NCBI GenBank assembly: GCA_964016885.1
Contig: OZ024743.1
Location: 189,100,001 to 189,164,000, forward strand
Length of the DNA stretch: 64,000 bases
Direction: 5' to 3'
From: Eledone cirrhosa
Lineage: Eukaryota
Both the position numbers and the translations under genes were made by a program. The notes beneath the pieces are model-generated. The model saw only the letters and a list, made by a program, of their open reading frames with translations, made no database searches and was not told the origin of the DNA. Below, piece after piece: positions 25,776-40,600 of the stretch; the stretch's first letter is position 1; each line of letters starts with the position of its first letter.

Positions 25776-26953
25776 AATATATATACGATATTAATAAATG
25801 GAAACTATTATAACAGTTTTAGTATAATTAATTAAGTAATTTAGTTAATATATGAAACCTGTCGATAAATCATTAGATTCCTTCACCTTTTTCTTTTTAA
25901 ACTTTCTTCCTAAATATAAACATAGATATAATAAACTACTCTAAAATGTCTATACTTCCAATGTCTTAAATAAAATATACGTAAGATAAATGTCTATACT
26001 AAATATAAGGATATCTGTAGATTCCTTGGGTTTTTTAAATATTTTAAATTTTTTAATTTTTAAAATTTTTTAATTTTTAAAATTTTGAAATTTTGAAATT
26101 TTAAATTATATTGATATAATATTTATTTAATTTTTATTTTTATTTTTATTTTTATTTTTATTTTTATTTTTATTTTTATTTTTATTTTTATTTATTTTTA
26201 TTAGTTTTGTTTTGATTCTGATAGCTTCTCATAATTTTCATAAGTCTACCCTTTCAATATCTTGATTGAAATATACGTAGGATAAATTTCTATACTAAAT
26301 ATATGAAACATATTATTTTAACTTAAGATACTCTATAGTGTTTTAAAGATATTTAATGCTTTGATATTTCTAGAATTCGTTTGTCCTTTTGACCATACTG
26401 ATATAATTATATTTCCAAAATATAATCCTTTGGTATTTTAAATTTATATTGTTATAATTATATTTCCAAAGTATAATCCTTAGTAATATATTGATATTTG
26501 ATTATCTCTATACAAATGTGTATGTGTGTATTAACATGCATATAAAAGTGTTATAGGTTTTTTATGATTGTATATATGTCTGTATCTATACATGAGCGAT
26601 GCGGGAAGACGCACGCAAATATTTATTTATACATATGTATGTGTATATGTATATATGTATATGTATATGTATATATGTATATATGTATATATGTATATGT
26701 GTGTGGGTAAGAGATATGTTGCCTAACCACGCAGTTTTGATTGCAGATATGCATAATTTTAACGGAATGTTAAATGTGTGAATGGTAATCATATATATGA
26801 AGACATGAATGTTAATCGTATATATTTATGTATATATACTGTGAACTTTTTATAACACAAGGAACGTATAGCAGTGATTAAGAGAAATCGTCTGCGTTTT
26901 GTATGTCTATATTGTTGACTTGAGTAAATATAACTTCTATTTTCAGGACGTGC

Positions 26954-26995
<42 letters not shown>

Positions 26996-27580
26996 CTTTG
27001 CCTAAGATACTGATTTCTCTAGAAATGTGTACATTTTGGATGATTAAGCCCAAATTTTGATATATTGATATCAAGTTTTAAACTAAACATATAGTCATTA
27101 TTAAACAATGTTTAATTTCTCATATTATATATCTATGTCCCATTCATGAATATTAATAATTATATTTTTATTATTCATTTCATATAAATTGTTAACTCAA
27201 CTTAATATGACATGACGTAAAGTTTTCATTATCTCCCCCTCTCTCTATATAATATTTTTCTCTCTCTTGAGTTTTTCTATCTCTCTGATGACTTAATATC
27301 TCTCTGTTGCTTTCCTCTGTTTTTCTTATTTCTTCCATTTTTCTTTTTTCTTTCTTTCCTCCTGTCTTTATTTATCTCTTTCTTTTTTCTCCATGCATTT
27401 CTCTCTCTCCGATATTTCTCCACGTTTTTTCTTTCTCTCTCTCCGTCTTTTTCTAATTGTCCTTAACACTATGACTTATTAAAATAATATAAACAACTCA
27501 CTATCCAGACGGCTTCCAAAAATAATTGTTGTATTTTAAAAGGGTACGTCAAAGCTTATTTGTAAAACTGTTATATATTG

Positions 27581-27645
27581 TATTTTGTCTGATGAAGGCA
27601 TACCATAATTTAATTTGGTATCCCTGAAATATGTATAATGAAATA
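27581..27645 (+). ncRNA. Type I HHR of an abundant small element family
   Basis: TATTTTGT-CTGATGA-AGGCATACCA(loop)TGGTATCCCT-GAAA-TATGTA-TA-ATGAAATA. Related copies start at ~43806(+), ~49139(-), ~55298(-), ~56830(-), ~57054(+), ~58389(+), ~59078(+), ~59990(+). Confidence 0.82.
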
Positions 27646-27776
27646 AATATGGTTTTATAAATATAGTTTCCATTTATTAATATCGTATATCTACTCCAAA
27701 TACTTGTCGAGTGCTTTATACCAGTTATAAAAATATTTACTTGTTGTATCCCAACAATTTTAAAGAGAACTTTTGC

Positions 27777-28018
<242 letters not shown>

Positions 28019-28805
28019 AATACAATATCGGAGAAAGCTTTTTAGCGATATTCCGGCCAAATTCCAACTCACTCAACAAACATTAGGAAATAAGTGATTA
28101 TATTCCCAATTATGTGTTCGGGGTGCTAACTAAAAGTATTGCGTGGAAAATTGGCTGTATTATTTCAAATGAGACATATCTAATATATCTCTTCCCAGAC
28201 GGACGTCTCGTTTCATTATAGGACTCCTACAATTTGGGTGAAATTATACTAATTTATGTAGCAGCTTGTATACCATTAATAGATATATATTCAAGTGGGC
28301 TCCTATAATTCATCAGTGGGTGCCCCAATAATACTAATATTGATAATCTAACCAACATCAGCATTTAGCGATAATCACTTTCTGTGCCTGAGGTATCTGT
28401 CAGGTAGCCAGTCCAGCAGTTCTGAAAGAAGTGCTCGAACTGATTCAAAAAATGAGGAAGTGAATTACCGCCAAAAAAAATAATACATGTACGTAACAAT
28501 GAACTCTGAAAGGAATTCAGGCCACATGCTAAGAACTCAATTGGAAATTGAAAAAATATCCATGTGTGTACAACATTTGATGATACACAGATATTTTCTC
28601 GGGCAAAATAACAGAATGATATATAAGCAACAATCAATATTCATATATAAAAAAATAAACAAAGAAATGCTAACCTTATACCTGGAATTTTTTTCAAATC
28701 TGCTGCGACAAGAATAAGTAAATAAATACAATATCGGAGAAAGCTTTTTAGCGATACTCCGGCCAAATTCCCAGTCACTCAACACTTTGTAAAAAAAAAC
28801 CTCAC

Positions 28806-28836
<31 letters not shown>

Positions 28837-28846
28837 AATATATATG

Positions 28847-28942
<96 letters not shown>

Positions 28943-28947
28943 AATAT

Positions 28948-28984
<37 letters not shown>

Positions 28985-28994
28985 TTAAATATAT

Positions 28995-29027
<33 letters not shown>

Positions 29028-29034
29028 AATATAC

Positions 29035-29083
<49 letters not shown>

Positions 29084-29092
29084 TATATATAA

Positions 29093-30364
29093 ATAGTTTT
29101 CCGAGGTTTTTTATATGAAATCGTGTGTCGAAACAAATATTGTTATACTTGGGGAGGGTCATATTTGTGTAATATTGCCAGAATTAATAACAGAACACAG
29201 TCACTGTTTGGTGGGTTTTCGCTTTTCGCTTCTGTGTCTTTTATATCGGTAATCTAATTTATTCGGTCCTCAATGTTGCCATTGACTGACCGGCGGTCAA
29301 AAATAATACAGATACAATATAGACACAAACACATACATATAGTTTATCAGAGTTCTTTCGTTGCACATCTGCAACAGCGTCAGTGGTGCTACTGTTTCCT
29401 CCCGTTGCATTGTATGACTACACCATTTTTATTTAGTCTGTCTATATATTTATTTATTTGTTTGTTCATTTTATTTGTTTGTTTGTTCATTTTATTTTTA
29501 TTTTTCTCTTCTTTGCGCATGCGTTAGCGTGTGTGTTTAGTGTTTTGTTTAATGTGTGTTCGTGATTGGGTGACTAGTGTGTGTTTATATGTGTTTGTTG
29601 TTATTGTGCTTGTGTATCTATATATTTATTTATTTATCTATTTATTTATTTATTTATACTTCTCTTAGTTCAGTGTTCTTTGTTAGGGTGTTGTTGTTAT
29701 TCCATTCATTCTTTCTGTTTAGTCTTGGCCTTCTAAGTTCTATTTCACTGGCCTCTCTGATTTGCCTATCTGCTGGGTCATTTCTATGTTTAGATATTAT
29801 TCTAATTTCTATGTTGTATATGTTACCGTCGTGTTGTTGTCTGGCATGTTTGTATAGTACTGACCCGTTTTTTCGTCCTTTTAGTTCCCCCAGTGTTGGT
29901 CTATCCTTTCACCTATGCTACGAGCTGTCTCGCCTATGTATGTTGTAGTCATGTTTCTGCAAGTACCCTCTGTACCTCTGATACTATAGACTACGTTTCT
30001 AGTTTTACAGTTTATACGGGGGTTTACCTTACATATGATACATTTCCTATTAGTACAGTGGATTTTCTTAAAAGGGTAGGTTTTGCTGATCAGGGATTTT
30101 ATAGTGGTTCCTGGCTTTTCTACCACCTTAATTTTTAAGTGGGTCTTTCTCAGGCCCTTTCTACACTGGTTAGCTAATTTCCCTCCAGGGGTAGCGTCCA
30201 CAAACATGACACTCTGGTATCTCTGGTTGTCGTACCATGAGGTGGCTTTCCCTAACTTATGTCTAGCCCTATCTAAGCTATTCCATGATTTGCTCCTGTA
30301 TAATGGGCAAATTCCTTTCATGTTTCAGTTCTATGAGTGTCTTATACTTCTCCATGGCTCCTTC

Positions 30365-30367
<3 letters not shown>
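29093..30367 (-). mobile_element. PLE family B 3' fragment with tail (frameshifted copy)
   Basis: ORF 29881-30321 matches the C-terminus of 10487-11914. Confidence 0.9.
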
Positions 30368-30401
<34 letters not shown>

Positions 30402-30832
30402 TATATATTTTGAGTTTATGTTGGTTGTATACCAACACCTCAGTATGCAGGCTGGAGCACTCGACGAAGTGCGCAGGTTGGTTTGGTTACTCCGGAGTAG
30501 TGTAAAATAAAGTTAAATAAAAGTCAAATGATTAAAATTTAGCTTCGTTTATTACTGCTATATATATTTCAGTGACAGCCATCTTTGGCTGTGACCTCTC
30601 ATATGACTCCTGTTCCCCAGTGAATTAACAACCCAGCAAGGAACTGGGCATATCAGAGTATTGACAATATCATACACCTAAACAACATATGTACTTGTCT
30701 ATACCATACTAATTCAAACTGCCTGAAGAGGTCACAGCCAAAGATGGCTGTCACTGAAATATATATAGCAGTAATAAACGAAGCTAAATTTTAATCATTT
30801 GACTTTTATTTAACTTTATTTTATAAATATAT

Positions 30833-30867
<35 letters not shown>

Positions 30868-30874
30868 AATATAT

Positions 30875-31246
<372 letters not shown>

Positions 31247-31271
31247 CGTATATATATATATTTATAAATAT

Positions 31272-31304
<33 letters not shown>

Positions 31305-31307
31305 AAT

Positions 31308-31342
<35 letters not shown>

Positions 31343-31361
31343 AATATATATATATATAAAT

Positions 31362-31394
<33 letters not shown>

Positions 31395-31422
31395 AATATA
31401 TATATATATAAATATATATATA

Positions 31423-31915
31423 CTAGCATTAAAGCCCGGCGTTGATCGGGGTCATTAAGTTACCAAAGTTAGGTTGCACCACCCATTTTACGGCAGCACT
31501 TTTTTGTCTGCCAGGCACTGGGTGAATGAATTTCAGACCAGGAAGCAGAAGCTGCGCCAGCAGTGACAATTGTATTTTCGCCTATGGATATTATCTCTGT
31601 ACAAAAAAGTTTGAAATTTATTGTTTCACAGTACTTGCGCAACACGCGTGTAGACGATGCCAGCCGAACAACAGAGCTGCGATGGAGTTGTTCTGCATGG
31701 TTGTCTGTGTTTTCTAAATTTAAGACAGTAGGTAGGGTTGTGATATGGCGGAGAGTTAGCTGTTGTTTCTAGCAGGTTTAGTGACCTCATAGAGGATATG
31801 TGTTTTCTAAATTTAAGACAGTAGGGAGTGGTGTGATAGGGGGGAGAGTTAGCTGCTGTTACTAGCAGGTTTAGTGACCTCATAGAAGATATGTTTTCTA
31901 AATTTAAGACAGTAA
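31423..31915 (-). mobile_element. Non-autonomous Helitron-like element (copy 34967-35460)
   Basis: Minus-strand end: CCCG..CGGG hairpin then CTAG|T; internal ~85-bp tandem repeats; 5' TC end not identified. Confidence 0.55.
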
Positions 31916-31996
31916 TAAATATATATATATATATATATAAATATATATAAATATATATATATATATATAAATATATATAAATATATATATATATAT

Positions 31997-32348
31997 AAAG
32001 AAAAAGAGATGAAATCGAAAATGCAACTGAAGTCTTATTTTTTTTAAAAATATATATATTTATTTGGTTCCTTTACCGGTTTCGCAGTTCTTCTGCTTTT
32101 CAAAAGGTGAGTTGAGATGGAGGGTCTGTGGTTTTTCTCACAGTGAGAGAAAAACCACAGACCCTCCATCTCAACTCACCTTTTGAAAAGCAGAAGAACT
32201 GCGAAACCGGTAAAGGAACCAAATAAATATATATATTTTTAAAAAAAATAAGACTTCAGTTGCATTTTCGATTTCATCTCTTTTTCTTTATACTTCCACT
32301 CGTGTAGGACACCTCGGTTATTTTTCATTTTGTAAAAAAAAACCTCAC

Positions 32349-32355
<7 letters not shown>
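31997..32355. mobile_element. Fold-back element with U3-A8 HHRs (also 35541-35898, 52613-52969)
   Basis: Palindrome centred ~32143; the right arm extends ~65 nt to ...cctcactttcta; TA flanks. Confidence 0.88.
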
Positions 32356-32379
<24 letters not shown>

Positions 32380-32389
32380 AATATATATG

Positions 32390-32485
<96 letters not shown>

Positions 32486-32490
32486 AATAT

Positions 32491-32527
<37 letters not shown>

Positions 32528-32537
32528 TTAAATATAT

Positions 32538-32570
<33 letters not shown>

Positions 32571-32577
32571 AATATAC

Positions 32578-32626
<49 letters not shown>

Positions 32627-32635
32627 TATATATAA

Positions 32636-33908
32636 ATAGTTTTCCGAGGTTTTTTATATGAAATCGTGTGTCGAAACAAATATTGTTATACTTGGGGAGG
32701 GTCATATTTGTGTAATATTGCCAGAATTAATAACAGAACACAGTCACTGTTTGGTGGGTTTTCGCTTTTCGCTTCTGTGTCTTTTATATCGGTAATCTAA
32801 TTTATTCGGTCCTCAATGTTGCCATTGACTGACCGGCGGTCAAAAATAATACAGATACAATATAGACACAAACACATACATATAGTTTATCAGAGTTCTT
32901 TCGTTGCACATCTGCAACAGCGTCAGTGGTGCTACTGTTTCCTCCCGTTGCATTGTATGACTACACCATTTTTATTTAGTCTGTCTATATATTTATTTAT
33001 TTGTTTGTTCATTTTATTTGTTTGTTTGTTCATTTTATTTTTATTTTTCTCTTCTTTGCGCATGCGTTAGCGTGTGTGTTTAGTGTTTTGTTTAATGTGT
33101 GTTCGTGATTGGGTGACTAGTGTGTGTTTATATGTGTTTGTTGTTATTGTGCTTGTGTATCTATATATTTATTTATTTATCTATTTATTTATTTATTTAT
33201 ACTTCTCTTAGTTCAGTGTTCTTTGTTAGGGTGTTGTTGTTATTCCATTCATTCTTTCTGTTTAGTCTTGGCCTTCTAAGTTCTATTTCACTGGCCTCTC
33301 TGATTTGCCTATCTGCTGGGTCATTTCTATGTTTAGATATTATTCTAATTTCTATGTTGTATATGTTACCGTCGTGTTGTTGTCTGGCATGTTTGTATAG
33401 TACTGACCCGTTTTTTCGTCCTTTTAGTTCCCCCCAGTGTTGGTCTATCCTTTCACCTATGCTACGAGCTGTCTCGCCTATGTATGTTGTAGTCATGTTT
33501 CTGCAAGTACCCTCTGTACCTCTGATACTATAGACTACGTTTCTAGTTTTACAGTTTATACGGGGGTTTACCTTACATATGATACATTTCCTATTAGTAC
33601 AGTGGATTTTCTTAAAAGGGTAGGTTTTGCTGATCAGGGATTTTATAGTGGTTCCTGGCTTTTCTACCACCTTAATTTTTAAGTGGGTCTTTCTCAGGCC
33701 CTTTCTACACTGGTTAGCTAATTTCCCTCCAGGGGTAGCGTCCACAAACATGACACTCTGGTATCTCTGGTTGTCGTACCATGAGGTGGCTTTCCCTAAC
33801 TTATGTCTAGCCCTATCTAAGCTATTCCATGATTTGCTCCTGTATAATGGGCAAATTCCTTTCATGTTTCAGTTCTATGAGTGTCTTATACTTCTCCATG
33901 GCTCCTTC

Positions 33909-33911
<3 letters not shown>
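32636..33911 (-). mobile_element. PLE family B 3' fragment with intact GIY-YIG frame
   Basis: ORF 33197-33865: CTNRKCIICK...NVVYSIR...YIGETARSIGERIDQH...RQIREA. Confidence 0.9.
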
Positions 33912-33945
<34 letters not shown>

Positions 33946-34376
33946 TATATATTTTGAGTTTATGTTGGTTGTATACCAACACCTCAGTATGCAGGCTGGA
34001 GCACTCGACGAAGTGCGCAGGTTGGTTTGGTTACTCCGGAGTAGTGTAAAATAAAGTTAAATAAAAGTCAAATGATTAAAATTTAGCTTCGTTTATTACT
34101 GCTATATATATTTCAGTGACAGCCATCTTTGGCTGTGACCTCTCATATGACTCCTGTTCCCCAGTGAATTAACAACCCAGCAAGGAACTGGGCATATCAG
34201 AGTATTGACAATATCATACACCTAAACAACATATGTACTTGTCTATACCATACTAATTCAAACTGCCTGAAGAGGTCACAGCCAAAGATGGCTGTCACTG
34301 AAATATATATAGCAGTAATAAACGAAGCTAAATTTTAATCATTTGACTTTTATTTAACTTTATTTTATAAATATAT

Positions 34377-34411
<35 letters not shown>

Positions 34412-34669
34412 AATATATATTTGCCTAGTTACACCCTCTGGATATTTAGCTCCTTTATTTGCCTAGTTACACCCTCTGGATATTTAGCTCCTTTATTTGC
34501 CTAGTTACACCCTCTGGATATTTAGCTCCTTTATTTGCCTAGTTACACCCTCTGGATATTTAGCTCCTTTATTTGCCTAGTTACACCCTCTGCATATTTA
34601 GCTACTTCATTTGCCTAGTTACACCCTCTGGATATTTAGCTCCTTTATTTGCGTAGTTACACCCTCTGG

Positions 34670-34786
<117 letters not shown>

Positions 34787-34811
34787 CGTATATATATATA
34801 TTTATAAATAT

Positions 34812-34844
<33 letters not shown>

Positions 34845-34847
34845 AAT

Positions 34848-34882
<35 letters not shown>

Positions 34883-34901
34883 AATATATATATATATAAA
34901 T

Positions 34902-34934
<33 letters not shown>

Positions 34935-35892
34935 AATATATATATATATAAATATATATATATATACTAGCATTAAAGCCCGGCGTTGCTCGGGGTCATT
35001 AAGTTACCAAAGTTAGGTTGCACCACCCATTTTACGGCAGCACTTTTTTGTCTGCCAGGCACTGGGTGAATGAATTTCAGACCAGGAAGCAGAAGCTGCG
35101 CCAGCAGTGACAATTGTATTTTCGCCTATGGATATTATCTCTGTACAAAAAAGTTTGAAATTTATTGTTTCACAGTACTTGCGCAACACGCGTGTAGACG
35201 ATGCCAGCCGAACAACAGAGCTGCGATGGAGTTGTTCTGCATGGTTGTCTGTGTTTTCTAAATTTAAGACAGTAGGTAGGGTTGTGATATGGCGGAGAGT
35301 TAGCTGTTGTTTCTAGCAGGTTTAGTGACCTCATAGAGGATATGTGTTTTCTAAATTTAAGACAGTAGGGAGTGGTGTGATATGGGGGAGAGTTAGCTGC
35401 TGTTACTAGCAGGTTTAGTGACCTCATAGAAGATATGTTTTCTAAATTTAAGACAGTAATAAATATATATATATATATATATAAATATATATAAATATAT
35501 ATATATATATATAAATATATATAAATATATATATATATATAAAGAAAAAGAGATGAAATCGAAAATGCAACTGAAGTCTTATTTTTTTTAAAAATATATA
35601 TATTTATTTGGTTCCTTTACCGGTTTCGCAGTTCTTCTGCTTTTCAAAAGGTGAGTTGAGATGGAGGGTCTGTGGTTTTTCTCACAGTGAGAGAAAAACC
35701 ACAGACCCTCCATCTCAACTCACCTTTTGAAAAGCAGAAGAACTGCGAAACCGGTAAAGGAACCAAATAAATATATATATTTTTAAAAAAAATAAGACTT
35801 CAGTTGCATTTTCGATTTCATCTCTTTTTCTTTATACTTCCACTCGTGTAGGACACCTCGGTTATTTTTCATTTTGTAAAAAAAAACCTCAC

Positions 35893-35933
<41 letters not shown>

Positions 35934-35939
35934 TATATG

Positions 35940-36041
<102 letters not shown>

Positions 36042-36046
36042 AATAT

Positions 36047-36181
<135 letters not shown>

Positions 36182-36207
36182 GTATATATATATATATATA
36201 AATATAC

Positions 36208-36256
<49 letters not shown>

Positions 36257-36332
36257 TATATATAAATATATATATTTATATATATATATATATAAATATA
36301 TATATAAATATATATATAAATATATATATATA

Positions 36333-37599
36333 TTTCGTTTCTGAATTTGTTTAGCAAGATTCTTTATCTGAAATCCTGTTTTGAAACCGATATTGTTATA
36401 CTTTGGGAGGGTCATGTTGCCAATAAGAAACACACGCACCAGTTGCTTTCACTTCAATTTATTATATATTTATAAATTTATAAATTTACAAATCTACAAA
36501 CTTATAAATTTCTGGTTGGTTGATTGGTTCCACAACCAGATAGTTGTTTATGTATAGTCATAGTCCTTTCGTCACACACTCTGTGACCTCTTCAGTGACT
36601 GGGGATTCCTTTCTTTGTTTCTGTGCCTTTCCTTTCTTCCATCCTACGCCATTTTGTTTCTGTGTGTGTGTTGTGTGCTCAATTTGCGCATGCGCCACAT
36701 CCGGGTGTCTGTGTGTGTTTGTGTTCATTTATCTATTTGTTTATTTATTTATTTATTTATTGTTGTTTGGTTGTTTGTTCTATGTGTGTGTGTGTTTTCA
36801 TTTTGTCCTGTGCGTGTTTTCATTTTGCCCTTAATTGTAAGTTGTTTGTTCTATGTGTGTGTTTGTGTGTTTTCATTTTGTCCTGTGTATGTTTTCATTT
36901 TGTCCTTAATTGTAAGTTGTGATGTTGCTGTTCCACTCATATTTTCTATTTAATTTTGGTTGTAATTCTTTTATGCTTACTGCCTCTGTAATTTGCCTAA
37001 ACATTGCATCTTTTCTGTGTGTGGATTCTATTTTTATTTCTATGTTCTCTAATCTACCCCTGTGTTCTATCCTAGCATGTTGGTAGAGCACAGATGATTC
37101 TTTATTATCTTGAAGGTCTCGCCAGTGTTCATTTATTCGTTCTCCTATACTACGAGCTGTCTCACCTATGTACACTATATTTTTGTTTCTACATTGTCCT
37201 TCAGTACATCTTATGCTATACACTACATTTCTAGTTTTACAGTTAATATGGGGGCTTATTTTACAGGTTATACATTTCTTATTTATACATGAGGGTCTTT
37301 GGAACGTGTATGTCTTGCTAATAAGTGTTTTTACGGAGGTACCTTGTCTTTCTACTATCTTAATATTGAGTTTATGTTTATTTAGGGCCCTTCTAAATTT
37401 GTAGGCTAGTTCGCCTCTAGGGGTTGTATTGATGAACATTACACTCTGGTATTTATTGCTATCATACCATGAGTTTATTCTATTGGCCTTGTTCCTAGTT
37501 CTTTCAATTCTATTCCACACTTTGCTCCTATACAAGGGGCAGGTCCCATTTATGTCATTATTTACCATTTTTTCCCATTTGGTTCTGGCTCCTCTATAC
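36333..37599 (-). mobile_element. Inverted 3' copy (pseudo-LTR-like) of PLE family A with tail
   Basis: Reverse complement of 40081-41212 plus ~50 extra nt; ORF 36906-37568; HHR at 36556-36600. Confidence 0.95.
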
Positions 37600-37633
37600 C
37601 AATAGATATCCCGACAAAATTGACGGTATCAAC

Positions 37634-40600
37634 ATGGCCGACACCTCATTATCAGAAGAGTTCAACAACAAAAATACCAACATTTATGGGAACACGGAAA
37701 TAGATAATAATGAAATGTCTGTGTTATGTCTGCCGCCCAAATTTGCGACATTCAAGAAGGTAAATATGATTAGTTGTCTGTCAGAAATAGAAAAATCATT
37801 TACAAAACTACGCTGGAGCATCAAAAACAAAAGCAACAATATACGCAAACACATATACAACACACATCCCAACAACAACATACACACAGACACAAACAAC
37901 AATAACAACAACACACACATCAACAACAACAACAATAGCAACATACCCAGCTACAACAACAACATACACGCAGACACAAACAACAATAACAACACACACA
38001 ACAACGATAACACACACGGAGACAACAACAATACACATCAACAACAGCACACATCAACAACAACAACACACACGCATTCAATGCCTCTCACCGCCACCAC
38101 AATCTTAACAAACACACAGACACAGAAAACAAGTAATAACAGTAGCACAGAAATCAGAGAAATAAGGGAAAGTAATAGGATTAAAAGGAAAAGGAGATGG
38201 GAGACTAAGGACAAAGAGAATAACCAAGACGAACACACAGACACACAAAATAGGGTAGATAACAACATTGAGCCAGTGGAAAGAGACAGGAGTAATTATG
38301 AGAGACATAGAAACAACCATGAGGCTGTTGGTGGAAATAGAAATAGAAACAACACAACTAACAATAACAATAGCACTAGTACACATAAAGCAGCAGCCTG
38401 TAACTCTCCGTTTTATAATCCCTCCGATAAATCATTCGACCTGCGACGAGTCCACGCCACGACTTTACCATTTAACAAACGCACGCAGTTGCCGTCGCAG
38501 GTCGATGAACAAACAGAAGCACAATTTAGTATAGCTAAATCCGAACTTAGAAATATTATAGAACAGTATAGCAAGAAGCATAATAGAATAGAGGCCCAGC
38601 AACTGGGAGAAAAATCTGCAAATGGCTTGCGTAAGCTCATGCAGCGCTCGCGTAATGGAGAGATAGCATGCTTTCCAACAGACAAGTCTGGCAGAATGTC
38701 GGTTGACAGCCTGCCAAACTACATACAGGCAATGCAATCCCACATCACTAACACAAGAGAGGTAACACCACAGGAGCATGAGGATAGAGAAAAAGCCCTC
38801 AATGCCCATATGGTGATGTGGACGAATATAATGCAGCCCAACAAAAGGACTGCCAACAACTTCCAGGCCTGGAACAATGACGTGCCGGCGTTGTATGGGC
38901 TTCGAAAAGACCATAAAACGGGCTGGGACCCTGTCGCGGGACCACCAACACGGCCAGTCTGTGGAGCTAACATTTCTAGTAACTACAGACTGTCCTACTT
39001 CCTCTCCCTGATCATACGCCCCATCATTGAGATGTCCCCAGATGTATGTGACAGCACGGTGTACCTCCTCAGCAGAATCGGCGCGGGTAACCGATCTGGG
39101 GACCTAACAAACTGCATAATAGGCAGTATGGATGTTGTGTCCCTGTATCCATCTATTGACGTGGATTTTGCTGTGGAGAAATGCGTAGAAATGATCAGCG
39201 AGAGCAAGGTTGAGTTTCGTGGGATTGATACCAGTGAGCTGGGACTTCTTCTTAAGCTTACCCATAGTAATAGTTACCTAGACACTTATGACCTGTGCCC
39301 TACAAGACCAGCAAGAGGCAGACCACCTACCATTACCTCAATGGCCAAGAAAACCCACACAGATAGATGGAACGGGTGGACCAGAGCCATACGGACACCC
39401 GAAAACCACGATGAACTGAAGAAAATGATTGCACATGCAGTAGGGGCCAGCATAAAATTAACCCTTAAGGAACATATGTTCAAATTTAATGGTAAAACAT
39501 ATGCCCAAGAGGAAGGAGCAGCCATTGGTGTTAGCATTGCAGGCGACATAGCTAACTTATTCATGGTATGGTGGGACAGTAGACTTAAACAAAAATTTAA
39601 AGAACAATTAGAAGACAGCTTAACGCTGATAATGTACTCCCGCTACGTAGATGATATAAACATCGTAGTTAAGACACCCCCACTAAAGAACTGTCAGGAA
39701 CTAGAGAAAAACACAATGGACATCATCCAGCAAATAGCAAACTCCATCCACCAGAGCATTAGAGTTACTATAGACTACCCAAGTAGATACGCCAACCATC
39801 GATTACCTGTACTAGACACAGAGCTCTGGTTAGATACCATTAACAACCAAAAACAAATCCTCCATTCCCATTATGCCAAACCCATGACTTCCAAACATCT
39901 GATCCACCGAAACTCGGCCATTTCGGACCATACCAAAATCAACATACTGATTGCGGATTTGGTACGGGTGATGAGAAATGTGTCCCGCATGTGCAACCCC
40001 GAAGAACTAGAGAGACACATACAACACTTCATCCACCGTATGCAGTTCTCTGGCTACAATCAGAGAGATAGAATCAGAGTGTATAGAGGAGCCAGAACCA
40101 AATGGGAAAAAATGGTAAATAATGACATAAATGGGACCTGCCCCTTGTATAGGAGGAAATTTTGGAATAGAATAGAAAGAACTAGGAGCAAGGCCAATAG
40201 AATAAACTCATGGTATGATAGAAATAAATACCAGAGTGTAATGTTCATCAATACAACCCCTAGAGGCGAACTAGCCTACAAATTTAGAAGGGCCCTAAAT
40301 AAACATAAACTCAATATTAAGATAGTAGAAAGACCAGGTACCTCCGTAAAAACACTTATTAGCAAGACATACCCGTTCCAAAGACCCTCATGTATAGATA
40401 AGAAATGTATAACCTATAAAATAAGCCCCCATATTAACTGTAAAACTAGAAATGTAGTGTATAGCATAAGATGTACTGAAGGACAATGTAGAAACAAAAA
40501 TATAGTGTACAAAGGTGAGACAGCTCGTAGTATAGGGGAACGAATAAATGAACACTGGCGAGACCTTCAAGATAATAAAGAATCATCTGTGCTCTACCAA

